From Chlamydiae bacterium RIFCSPHIGHO2_12_FULL_49_11 (GTDB taxonomy: Bacteria; Chlamydiota; Chlamydiia; Chlamydiales; 2-12-FULL-49-11), in assembly GCA_001794905.1 (NCBI GenBank), contig MGLW01000051.1, forward strand, positions 10,542 through 24,813: 14,272 nucleotides of DNA, written 5' to 3'. The notes below the pieces were generated by a model, which saw nothing but the letters and a program-made list of their open reading frames with translations, made no database searches and was not told where the DNA came from. Of this stretch, positions 1-7,889 are shown in pieces. The first letter of the stretch is position 1; every line of letters starts with the position of its first letter. Made by a program: the position numbers and the translations under genes.

Positions 1-37
1 CTACTATTTGGCCCTGTCGCCATGCAAACATTGCAGC

Positions 38-955
38 ATGAAAATCTCCATTGAAGAAGCCATCTCGCGCCTCCGATCAAACGAGGTCGTCGCCGTCCCT
101 ACCGAAACCGTATACGGACTCGCAGCGTGCCCAGATTCGGACGTGGCCGTGAGCGCCGTTTTTACCCTCAAAAAGCGCCCCCAGGACAATCCCTTGATAG
201 TCCATATTGCTGATCAAGAGGACATTTCCCGTTTCTCTTCCGCCACCCCTCCCCAGGCGCTCCTTTCCCGCTTTTGGCCGGGACCTCTGACCCTGGTTCT
301 TCCCGCTATTAAAGATGCCGTTTCTTCCCGCGTCCGCGCCGGGCTTTCGACCGTCGCTCTCCGGGTGCCGGCGCATCAAGATACCTTGTCGATCCTCCGC
401 GCCACAGGTCCCCTCGTTGCTCCGTCGGCAAATATTTCGGGACGACCGTCTGCCACCACCGCAGAGGAAGTCGAAGAAGATTTCGGCTCTGCAATCGGAG
501 TTGTCGACGGAGGGAAAACGGTGCTGGGAATCGAATCGACGATCATCGGGTACTTCGATGGCAACTGGTGTCTTTTACGGGCAGGGATGATTTTACCGGA
601 AGAGCTGGCCTCCGTCTTCGGCTACATTCCGGCCCCGTATCGCGGAGAAAACATCGTTTCCCCGGGCCGGCATCACCGCCACTACAGTCCGCGCGCGACG
701 CTGCAAGTGGGCGGATTTCCCCCATCCGATGCAGCCATTCTCGGTTTTGAAAACCGTTTGTATCCGACCGGTAATGTAGTCATTCTAGGTCCCGTCACCA
801 GTCCGTCCCTCCTTTTACACCATTTTTATTCTAGCCTGAGAAAGACCGATCGGTTAGGATATACAAAAGTTTGGATCGACACCGATTTTCCGGAAGGGGG
901 GCTATTTACTCTTCTCCGTGATCGGATTTACCGTGCGGCCGGAAAAACTTTGTGA
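38..955 (+). CDS. sua5: L-threonylcarbamoyladenylate synthase, long Sua5 type (YrdC domain plus Sua5 C-terminal domain)
   Basis: Motifs VAVPTETVYGLAA, KKRPQDNPLIVH, FWPGPLTLVL, VALRVPAH, APSANISGRPS and GIESTII, plus the Sua5 linker SPGRHHRHYSP. ATG at 38 is preferred to the track's TTG at 8 because homology begins immediately after it. Confidence 0.95.
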   Translation: MKISIEEAISRLRSNEVVAVPTETVYGLAACPDSDVAVSAVFTLKKRPQDNPLIVHIADQEDISRFSSATPPQALLSRFWPGPLTLVLPAIKDAVSSRVRAGLSTVALRVPAHQDTLSILRATGPLVAPSANISGRPSATTAEEVEEDFGSAIGVVDGGKTVLGIESTIIGYFDGNWCLLRAGMILPEELASVFGYIPAPYRGENIVSPGRHHRHYSPRATLQVGGFPPSDAAILGFENRLYPTGNVVILGPVTSPSLLLHHFYSSLRKTDRLGYTKVWIDTDFPEGGLFTLLRDRIYRAAGKTL

Positions 956-965
956 GGAGGAAGGC

Positions 966-1400
966 ATGAAAGATAAAGTAGCCCAGTCGGGGAATAAAAT
1001 AAAGGTGCATTACGTCGGCAAACTCAAAGACGGGACGCAGTTTGATTCCTCCTATGATCGCAATGAGCCTTTGGAATTTACAATTGGCACGGAAGAACTC
1101 ATCCCCGGATTTGAAAATGCCTGTATCGGCATGCACATCGGCGAGAAAAAAGAGATCGAGCTTTCGGCGAGCGAGGCTTATGGAGAACATAGCCCTTCGC
1201 TGGTAAGAAAAGTGGAAAGACATTTTTTCCCTTCGCACATCGAACCTGAACTCGGGATGCAGCTTCAACTTGGGCAAAATGAAGAAGCGGCCTTCGTACG
1301 CGTCGTGAACTTGGACGAGAGCCATGTGGAGCTTGATGCAAATCATCCACTTGCCGGCAAGTCTCTCTTCTTTTCCATCGAACTCGTCGCCGTCATCTGA
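966..1400 (+). CDS. FKBP-type peptidyl-prolyl cis-trans isomerase, SlyD/SlpA(FkpB)-like with insert-in-flap domain and no His-rich tail
   Basis: KVHYVGKLKDGTQFDSS, LIPGFENACIGM, EAYGE and LDANHPLAGKSL. A strong SD (GAGGAGG, 954-960) precedes ATG at 966; 144 aa. Confidence 0.93.
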   Translation: MKDKVAQSGNKIKVHYVGKLKDGTQFDSSYDRNEPLEFTIGTEELIPGFENACIGMHIGEKKEIELSASEAYGEHSPSLVRKVERHFFPSHIEPELGMQLQLGQNEEAAFVRVVNLDESHVELDANHPLAGKSLFFSIELVAVI

Positions 1401-1413
1401 ATCACAACACAAC

Positions 1414-2217
1414 CTAAGATTCAACGACGTAGAAGTCGACGTCTTGCGCCGGGAAAACCGTGTTGTCGATCGTCTTGCCTTTGGAATCGACTAATACAAG
1501 GCGCAGGGTATGCTTGCCAACGGGAACGTTATAGAGGGCATAGGGACCTACGTCAACGAGAGTGGCAAACGGTTTGTCGTCCAAATACATCTTTACCTGG
1601 CTCCCCCACGTCGAAATCTCGACATTTTTCGGGATGAAATCGATCAGGACAGGCCTTCCGGCAAGATAGGTACCGTAAGGCTCGTTGTAAATGAGATGAG
1701 GAGCTTCCAGTTCTTTCATTTCAAGAGAGTCTCCCTCGCATCCCGATTGGTAGCAGAATACGCGGTGCTTCGAAGCGTTCGGCAGCTTGACCGTCTCCCC
1801 GTTGGAACACACCAAAATCACCGTCACGATCACGGGACTCCCTTCTTCGAGTTTGCGCGACACCGGGGAAGGGATCTTCTTCCGGTACCGTTTGTTGAAA
1901 TAATTCCGTTGTTCTTCATACGTATTGATGTCGTTCTTGTCGATGTAGAAACGGGAAGAGCCGTTCACCATCACCATCACAGTCGAACCATATGGCAGTT
2001 TGCGCATCCCCTTGGTCGATTGGGCAGGGGTTTCAACGCCAACCGGAAAATCGGTCACCAGAAGATACAACGGTTCGTTCCGTTTTAAATTGTCAGATCC
2101 CTGAATCTCAATTGAAGAACCGTAATTCACCTCGGTAGGCTTGAGCTTTACAAGCTCTATCTTGTTCTGTGCTCCGAATACTCCAACACAGAAAGATAAT
2201 AAAACGGCCAACTTCAT
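1414..2217 (-). CDS. Exported hypothetical protein, beta-rich with a probable Ig-like C-terminal domain
   Basis: 267-aa ORF with a signal-peptide-like N-terminus (MKLAVLLSFCVGVFGA) and a GGAGAG SD upstream on the minus strand. The C-terminal HLIYNEPYGTY..VLIDF..GKHTLRLVLVDSKG pattern resembles, from memory, a family of uncharacterised exported proteins. Confidence 0.75.
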   Translation of the reverse strand: MKLAVLLSFCVGVFGAQNKIELVKLKPTEVNYGSSIEIQGSDNLKRNEPLYLLVTDFPVGVETPAQSTKGMRKLPYGSTVMVMVNGSSRFYIDKNDINTYEEQRNYFNKRYRKKIPSPVSRKLEEGSPVIVTVILVCSNGETVKLPNASKHRVFCYQSGCEGDSLEMKELEAPHLIYNEPYGTYLAGRPVLIDFIPKNVEISTWGSQVKMYLDDKPFATLVDVGPYALYNVPVGKHTLRLVLVDSKGKTIDNTVFPAQDVDFYVVES

Positions 2218-2264
2218 TATTTCTCTCCACTTTTGACCTCCCTATACTTTCTCTATTTATTTTT

Positions 2265-2294
2265 TTGTACTTTTTTTATGAAAGTGAGTAAAAT
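2265..2294 (+). promoter_or_regulatory. Candidate sigma70/sigma66-type promoter for the oppA pair
   Basis: TTGTAC (2265-2270), 18-nt spacer, TAAAAT (2289-2294) in the AT-rich divergent intergenic region 2218-2323. Confidence 0.35.
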
Positions 2295-2323
2295 TATCCT
2301 AAAAATAAACATAGGTTTACCGA

Positions 2324-4015
2324 GTGTTGAAACTATCAATATGGTTTTTAACCTTGAGTCTAAGTTTTTTTGGGTGTTCGAAAGTGAAAGACCGGTCACA
2401 AGTACTCAAAATAAATTTTTTTCAAGACCCTCTCTCTCTCGATCCGCGAAAAGAATCTGACCCGGTCACTTGCACCCTTCTTTTCATGCTATATGAGGGA
2501 CTCGTTAAAAAATGTCCTTGCAACGGACGCCCCGTTGCCGAGCTCCAAAATACGGACTCCTCTTCCCCCTATTACCTCAATGCCCTTTTCTGGGACGAAA
2601 GCAAACCGGAAGCCAACCGCCCCCAAGAATGCATTTCTCCGACTCTAGACTTCGGCCTCGCCAAAAAAATAGTGCAGAGCCATGACCGGAAAACGTACAC
2701 TTTTTACCTCAGGAAAGCGTTTTGGAGCAACGGTGTCCCTATCACGGCTCATGACTTCGAATATTCCTGGAAAAGCCTTCTTGACCCCGCTTTCCCGGCT
2801 CCGAATGCACATCTGTTTTACCCCATCCTGAATGCAAAACAGGCAAAACACGGCCTCTGTTCGAAAAATGAAGTGGGCGTCCGCGCGCTCGATGACCGAA
2901 TTCTGGAAGTGCGCCTCGAAAAGCCGACCCCGTATTTTCTGGAACTGGTCTCGTTCTGCATTTTTTTCCCGGTTCCGAAACATGTCGCTATCCAACAGAA
3001 TGCCAGGCTTGACAACCGGTTTGACGCCTTCGTCGGATCGGGCCCCTTCACGCTAAAAAGCTGGAAGCTGGGCAACGAGGTGCATGTCGTGAAAAATCAC
3101 TACTATTACCAGAAAAATGCCGTTCGATTGGACGAGATCCGCATCATGATCATCGCCGATGAGGCAACCGCTTACAAAATGTACCAAAAAAATGAGCTCG
3201 ACCTGCTCGGCGCCAACATTTCTCCTTTTGCCCTTGACATGATGGACGAAATCAAATCCCATCCCGACCTGAAAATCGTTCCGGTTGCCGCTTCAGCCTA
3301 TATTTCCTTCAATACATGCCATCCGTGGCTCTCCAATATCCATCTGAGAAGAGCCCTCGGCTTCAGCATCAACCGTCGTGATATCACCGAGCATGTCACC
3401 GGCTTTCGCGAAATCCCGTCTGTCCACCTCATCCCTTTTTCCATGTACAACCTGAACCCTTTGCACGATATGGAACAGGTCAATCCCGAATCCGAACTCA
3501 AAATCGCCCTTTCCGAACTCGGAATTACGAAAGAACGGCTTAAAGAACTCAAATTTTCCTATTTTTCCAGCGAAATATCCAAAAAGACGGCGCAAGCCAT
3601 ACAAGACAAGTGGAAACACTCTTTGCAAGTGGACATTGCCTTGGACGAGAGGGATTTTTACGGCCATTTCGATGCCCTCCGCAACCGGCGCTATGACCTG
3701 GGCCTCGGATATCTGATCGTACAGTATGACGATCCTATGAACGTACTGGAAAGATTGAAACACAAAAATACCCCCGTCAACTTTACCGGCTGGGAAAACG
3801 GCGATTATGCCTCCCTTCTCATCGAATCGGGGTATCAACAAAATTGGGACGACCGGATGCAAAAACTTCTGCAGGCGGAAGATATCCTGATGCGTGAGCT
3901 CCCGATCATCGGCTTGTACCACTTCAATAGCAGCATCTTGCTCAAAAAAAACGTGTCGGGCTTGTACATCTCGCCGATCGGATCGATCCATTTTGAACAT
4001 GTGAGGCTGCAATGA
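2324..4015 (+). CDS. oppA: Oligopeptide ABC transporter substrate-binding lipoprotein (SBP family 5), copy 1
   Basis: Lipobox FFGC; DPLSLDPR, LYEGLV, YTFYLRKAFWSNGVPITAHDFEYSW, GSGPFTLKSW, LRRALGFSINR and LMRELPIIGLYH. Start is GTG 2324 or TTG 2327. Confidence 0.92.
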   Translation: MLKLSIWFLTLSLSFFGCSKVKDRSQVLKINFFQDPLSLDPRKESDPVTCTLLFMLYEGLVKKCPCNGRPVAELQNTDSSSPYYLNALFWDESKPEANRPQECISPTLDFGLAKKIVQSHDRKTYTFYLRKAFWSNGVPITAHDFEYSWKSLLDPAFPAPNAHLFYPILNAKQAKHGLCSKNEVGVRALDDRILEVRLEKPTPYFLELVSFCIFFPVPKHVAIQQNARLDNRFDAFVGSGPFTLKSWKLGNEVHVVKNHYYYQKNAVRLDEIRIMIIADEATAYKMYQKNELDLLGANISPFALDMMDEIKSHPDLKIVPVAASAYISFNTCHPWLSNIHLRRALGFSINRRDITEHVTGFREIPSVHLIPFSMYNLNPLHDMEQVNPESELKIALSELGITKERLKELKFSYFSSEISKKTAQAIQDKWKHSLQVDIALDERDFYGHFDALRNRRYDLGLGYLIVQYDDPMNVLERLKHKNTPVNFTGWENGDYASLLIESGYQQNWDDRMQKLLQAEDILMRELPIIGLYHFNSSILLKKNVSGLYISPIGSIHFEHVRLQ

Positions 4016-5613
4016 AAATTAAGGCCTTCTTGGTATGCTTATTTTTTCTTGCCGGGTGCACCTCCCATTCCCAAAAAAAAGATAAACCGAAAAACATCCT
4101 TCGGCTCAATATTGTCCAAGACCCGGCGACTCTTGACCCGCGCAAAAGTTCCGACTTTGTCACCTCTACCCTCCATTTCCTTCTCTATGAAGGAGTCACG
4201 AAAATGACCCCCTACTCCCTTGTCTGTCCCGCCATTGCCGATGAAATTGAAGTGTCCGATGACGGACTCGAATACAAATTCCATTTGCGCGACGCGAAGT
4301 GGTCAAACGGAAATGAAATCACTTCCTACGATTTCGTCAAAAGTTGGACCGACATGCTTGACCCCCAATTCCCATGCCCCAACTCCCACCTGCTCTATTG
4401 CATTTACAATGCTCAAGCTGCCAAATCCGGAACCGTCCCGCTAAAAGAAGTGGGGCTACATATCATCGACCACAAAACGTTTTGCGTCATTCTGGAGCAC
4501 CCAACGCCGCATTTGCCTGAAACCCTTTCTTTTTGTACGTTTTTCCCCGTAAGCCAGATCGATGCGGTCACAAACCCCGAATGGTCGGAGGGGAAAAATG
4601 GGCACAGCCCGATTTCCAGCGGACCCTTCATTTTAACGAAGTGGTCCCGCGGCAAAGAAATCGTTCTCGAGAAAAACCCCTATTATTACGATGCCGACCA
4701 TGTGGATCTGGATGAAATCCATTTATCGATCATCGACAACGAAACCACTTGCCTCCACCTCTTCGAACAAGGCGAACTCGATATCTTGGGCGTTCCTTAT
4801 ACGGGAATCCCAACCGACGCGTTAGAATCCCTCCGAGGCCAGGGGCGCATTCAAACCGCATGCCTTCCGGCATCGAGTATCTGCACCTTTAACCTGGGAG
4901 CGTTCCCCTTCACCAATAAGCATATTCGGAAAGCATTTGCCGGCGCCATCAACCGTGCCGAAATCGTGAAGAATCTTGCTATCTTGGGGGAGGCAGGCTA
5001 TACGTTTCTTCCCCCTTCGCTCATGCTAGAGCAGGAATACGAACCCCTTTTTTTAGAAAAGAATCCCCAAATCGCAAAATCCAACCTGCAGAAGGGACTC
5101 CTGGAACTCCATCTTTCAACCTCCGACCTGCAAGATATCGTCCTCATCCACCCCACCACCGGAATTTACCCCAGGCTTGCCCAGGTAATACAAGACCAGT
5201 GGAAAAAGAATCTCGGCGTCGAAATTCGCCTCCAACCCTACGAATTTAAAGTTTTTCTCGATAAACTCACACACCACAATTACGACATGGCCCTTTGCGT
5301 CCTCATCGCCCAATACCACGATCCAATGAGTTTCTTTGAGCGGTTCGAATCAGTACAAAACCCCAAGAATTATCCCGGATACTGCAATAAAACGTACCGG
5401 AAACTCCTCTCACTGTCACACCGATGCAAAGATAGCAAGGAGCGTCTCACAAAACTGCATGAAGCTCTCGCCGTTTTTAGGGAAGACATGCCCCTCTGCC
5501 CGATTTACCATTGTCATAACCCCTACCTCGTACAAAAACATGTGAAGAATTTGCAATTGCATCGTGGGGGCAGTTTTCACTTATTAAATGTGCGGACTGA
5601 GAAAAAAAAGTGA
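4012..5613 (+). CDS. oppA: Oligopeptide ABC transporter substrate-binding lipoprotein (SBP family 5), copy 2
   Basis: Lipobox LAGC; DPATLDPRK, YKFHLRDAKWSNGNEITSYDF, SSGPFILTKW, KNPYYYD and IRKAFAGAINR. ATGA overlap with the previous stop (4012-4015). Confidence 0.92.
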   Translation: MKIKAFLVCLFFLAGCTSHSQKKDKPKNILRLNIVQDPATLDPRKSSDFVTSTLHFLLYEGVTKMTPYSLVCPAIADEIEVSDDGLEYKFHLRDAKWSNGNEITSYDFVKSWTDMLDPQFPCPNSHLLYCIYNAQAAKSGTVPLKEVGLHIIDHKTFCVILEHPTPHLPETLSFCTFFPVSQIDAVTNPEWSEGKNGHSPISSGPFILTKWSRGKEIVLEKNPYYYDADHVDLDEIHLSIIDNETTCLHLFEQGELDILGVPYTGIPTDALESLRGQGRIQTACLPASSICTFNLGAFPFTNKHIRKAFAGAINRAEIVKNLAILGEAGYTFLPPSLMLEQEYEPLFLEKNPQIAKSNLQKGLLELHLSTSDLQDIVLIHPTTGIYPRLAQVIQDQWKKNLGVEIRLQPYEFKVFLDKLTHHNYDMALCVLIAQYHDPMSFFERFESVQNPKNYPGYCNKTYRKLLSLSHRCKDSKERLTKLHEALAVFREDMPLCPIYHCHNPYLVQKHVKNLQLHRGGSFHLLNVRTEKKK

Positions 5614-5630
5614 TTTTTTCAAACAATTCC

Positions 5631-5659
5631 TTTAAATTTTCTTAGTTGTCGCATAGAAT
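5631..5659 (+). promoter_or_regulatory. Candidate sigma70/sigma66-type promoter for the 717-aa gene
   Basis: TTTAAA (5631-5636), 17-nt spacer, TAGAAT (5654-5659), ending 25 nt before ATG 5685. A purine-rich GGAAAGGG precedes the start. Confidence 0.4.
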
Positions 5660-5684
5660 GTAAAAAACGGAAAGGGAAAAAAAT

Positions 5685-7838
5685 ATGAATTCCATGTACG
5701 AATTCGGTCTGGCTGAGGCGATTCGAGAAGAGCCGCTCGAATGGCTACTCAAAATTTCCCCCATATTCGGGTCCCACGGTTTAGGCATTCATGGGATGGG
5801 CTACTATCTTAAAGCTCTCGAATTAATCATTGCCGAAGCGCTCCCCGATGAGATCAAAGAGGCAGCTTCCCGTCTACCCATGAACAATCCGACGCTCATC
5901 GCCGACTTTTATGACATGCTCTTCAATCAGGTGCCCATTTTTAAATTTCTTCCCGTCCAGGAAACCGACCCCTATTTCTTTTCGGTTCTTGCCCTATGCC
6001 AGTCCGAAAACACCCAGGGCGTCGGCCGGTACGTTCTTGACATGATCGGCAACAACCTGCTTCCGGGCAAACAGCTCCTTGTCACCATGATCCAGTCGCT
6101 TGCCTTTTCATTCCAGCTCAACTCTAAACATTCGTATTACTTGCAGAATATTTACGTCAAAGTCGAATCGGAAAAAGATCTTGAAACGGTCAAAAGGGAA
6201 ATCGGCCCCCTCCTGTCTCAAATGCGGATCACCACCATTGCGGTACAAAATGCCCGTGACATTCTACGTGTGGACCACCTCAATCCGGAACAGAAGCGGA
6301 TCATGATCATGGAAAACATCCGCCTTCTGGTCCAAAAACGGGAAGCCGAAGGGCCTGCACAAATTTTCAACGAATTTCACAAGTCTCTCGAAAAAATCAT
6401 CACCGAACAAACCATCAACAAAGTCAAAGAGAAACTGGTTCCTTATGTTTCGCGCTACCCTTCCACATTCGACCGGTATATTTTCTACGAATTGCAAAAA
6501 CTCACGGGACTCATGCCCTCCCAGTTCATAGCCAAAAGGGATGCAAGACATCTCAAACGGATCGTGACCCATTATTACCTTTTCAAGAAGAACCTCTGTG
6601 ACGACATGGAGCACAATCCGACCGGCCGCCATATCTATACGAAACTGCTCAAGGGATTTGTCACCGAAGGGACAAAAACGATCCCCACCATGGGGATTTT
6701 AACTCTTCTCAACCTGATTGAAAAAAATGAAATTGTCGATGAAACCCACATTTTCAAAGCGGTGCAAAGCCTGCTTCCGAATATCCAGATTGAATCCGGC
6801 AGTGTTATCATAGAACGGTCAGCGGTAAACGAAAGATTTATCTATCTCGAAGTAAGCAAAATGGATAAAAGCTCGTTTAGTTTTGAAGAACTCCAAAAAA
6901 TCCGTGACAACATATACAAAGAAATCCGCCTCCGGATTCAGGGAATCATGAATCCAATCTTCATGCCTCGCAATGAAGAAGAGGTGATCAAAAACATCCT
7001 CATGCTCTCGCGAGAAATCCGACTTGTCTCCGACCTTCCCGAGGTGATGATTTCGTTTTACAAGCAAACGCCGACCGCCCTTACTTTTACAGTGCTCCTT
7101 GTCCGCATCAATACGAAACAGTCGATCCCGTTTGACACCCTCATCGAACGGCTCTCTTCCCATGTAAAAGTGGTAGAATCGGAAAAAAAACTGCTCGGCA
7201 AGCTGCGCAAAAAACACATCAAAGAGGCACTTATTCTCACCTTGGAAACCGACAAAAAACAATATTTGCGCAAAGATTACTCCATCGATTTCTACGCGGC
7301 AAGGTCCCACCTCTTTCAAAACCTTGTCAAAGTTTTTGGAGAGCTGAGAGATTTCAACGGGGGCATGATTACAAAACAAAATGAAGCTCTGCACGAATTA
7401 AAAAAACAGCTCCTTGCCGCCAACATCCAAAACGATTTCATCGTCGACCAGTTCTACTATTCGCTTTCCCCCCGCCATTTGCGCACGCTCATTCCCGAGA
7501 GCATCCTCACAAAGGCAACGCTCGTGCTTTTTGAACTCCTTGAGTATGCCTTTGACGAGAAGCCTTGTTTCTTTAAGTCACAGATCATCGACAACCACCT
7601 TCTGATCACCGTTGGGGCGATCAATCCGTCGATCAAGGAATACTTGCAGCCTATCCTCGACAAGACCGATTTCGATACCCTCGAAGTGATGACGGCTCAC
7701 GTCACCATCCTTGACACAACCTGCCTTACCTACGTCTTTTACCCCAACTTCAAAGACCGCTTTGATGAAATCCTCAAAGCCTTCATGCACCAGATCCGCC
7801 TCTGGTCCGACGTCATCTCCCGCGGAATCACCCTGTAA
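5685..7838 (+). CDS. Hypothetical cytoplasmic protein (717 aa), possibly multiple ACT-like domains
   Basis: Long ORF filling the space between AT-rich intergenic regions, with no signal peptide or clear TM helix. Conserved-looking motifs IFMPRNEEE and RDFNGGMITKQNE. The function is inferred only. Confidence 0.85.
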   Translation: MNSMYEFGLAEAIREEPLEWLLKISPIFGSHGLGIHGMGYYLKALELIIAEALPDEIKEAASRLPMNNPTLIADFYDMLFNQVPIFKFLPVQETDPYFFSVLALCQSENTQGVGRYVLDMIGNNLLPGKQLLVTMIQSLAFSFQLNSKHSYYLQNIYVKVESEKDLETVKREIGPLLSQMRITTIAVQNARDILRVDHLNPEQKRIMIMENIRLLVQKREAEGPAQIFNEFHKSLEKIITEQTINKVKEKLVPYVSRYPSTFDRYIFYELQKLTGLMPSQFIAKRDARHLKRIVTHYYLFKKNLCDDMEHNPTGRHIYTKLLKGFVTEGTKTIPTMGILTLLNLIEKNEIVDETHIFKAVQSLLPNIQIESGSVIIERSAVNERFIYLEVSKMDKSSFSFEELQKIRDNIYKEIRLRIQGIMNPIFMPRNEEEVIKNILMLSREIRLVSDLPEVMISFYKQTPTALTFTVLLVRINTKQSIPFDTLIERLSSHVKVVESEKKLLGKLRKKHIKEALILTLETDKKQYLRKDYSIDFYAARSHLFQNLVKVFGELRDFNGGMITKQNEALHELKKQLLAANIQNDFIVDQFYYSLSPRHLRTLIPESILTKATLVLFELLEYAFDEKPCFFKSQIIDNHLLITVGAINPSIKEYLQPILDKTDFDTLEVMTAHVTILDTTCLTYVFYPNFKDRFDEILKAFMHQIRLWSDVISRGITL

Positions 7839-7889
7839 AATTCATATTGCACTTAAATGTGTCATAACTAGGTTTGTAATTGAGAAATT

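Noticed and set aside
1-54. Possible 3' end of an upstream gene overlapping the sua5 start (stops at 39-41 or 52-54)
   Set aside because: Too little sequence to choose a frame or support a call.
906-1424. 172-aa minus-strand ORF
   Set aside because: Antisense shadow of the clearly identifiable FKBP gene.
1510-2088. 192-aa plus-strand ORF containing HHHHH
   Set aside because: Antisense to the 267-aa gene; the His run is simply the reverse complement of the VMVMV codons.
3293-4012. 239-aa minus-strand ORF
   Set aside because: Lies antisense within oppA1 and has no recognisable motifs; a typical shadow ORF.
5601-5620. GAAAAAA...TTTTTTC inverted repeat at the oppA2 stop as a terminator
   Set aside because: The stem is almost all A-T and too weak for a confident intrinsic terminator.
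7839-7889. Promoter upstream of the 1309-aa gene (TTGCAC at 7847)
   Set aside because: The region is AT-rich but has no convincing -10 element at proper spacing.
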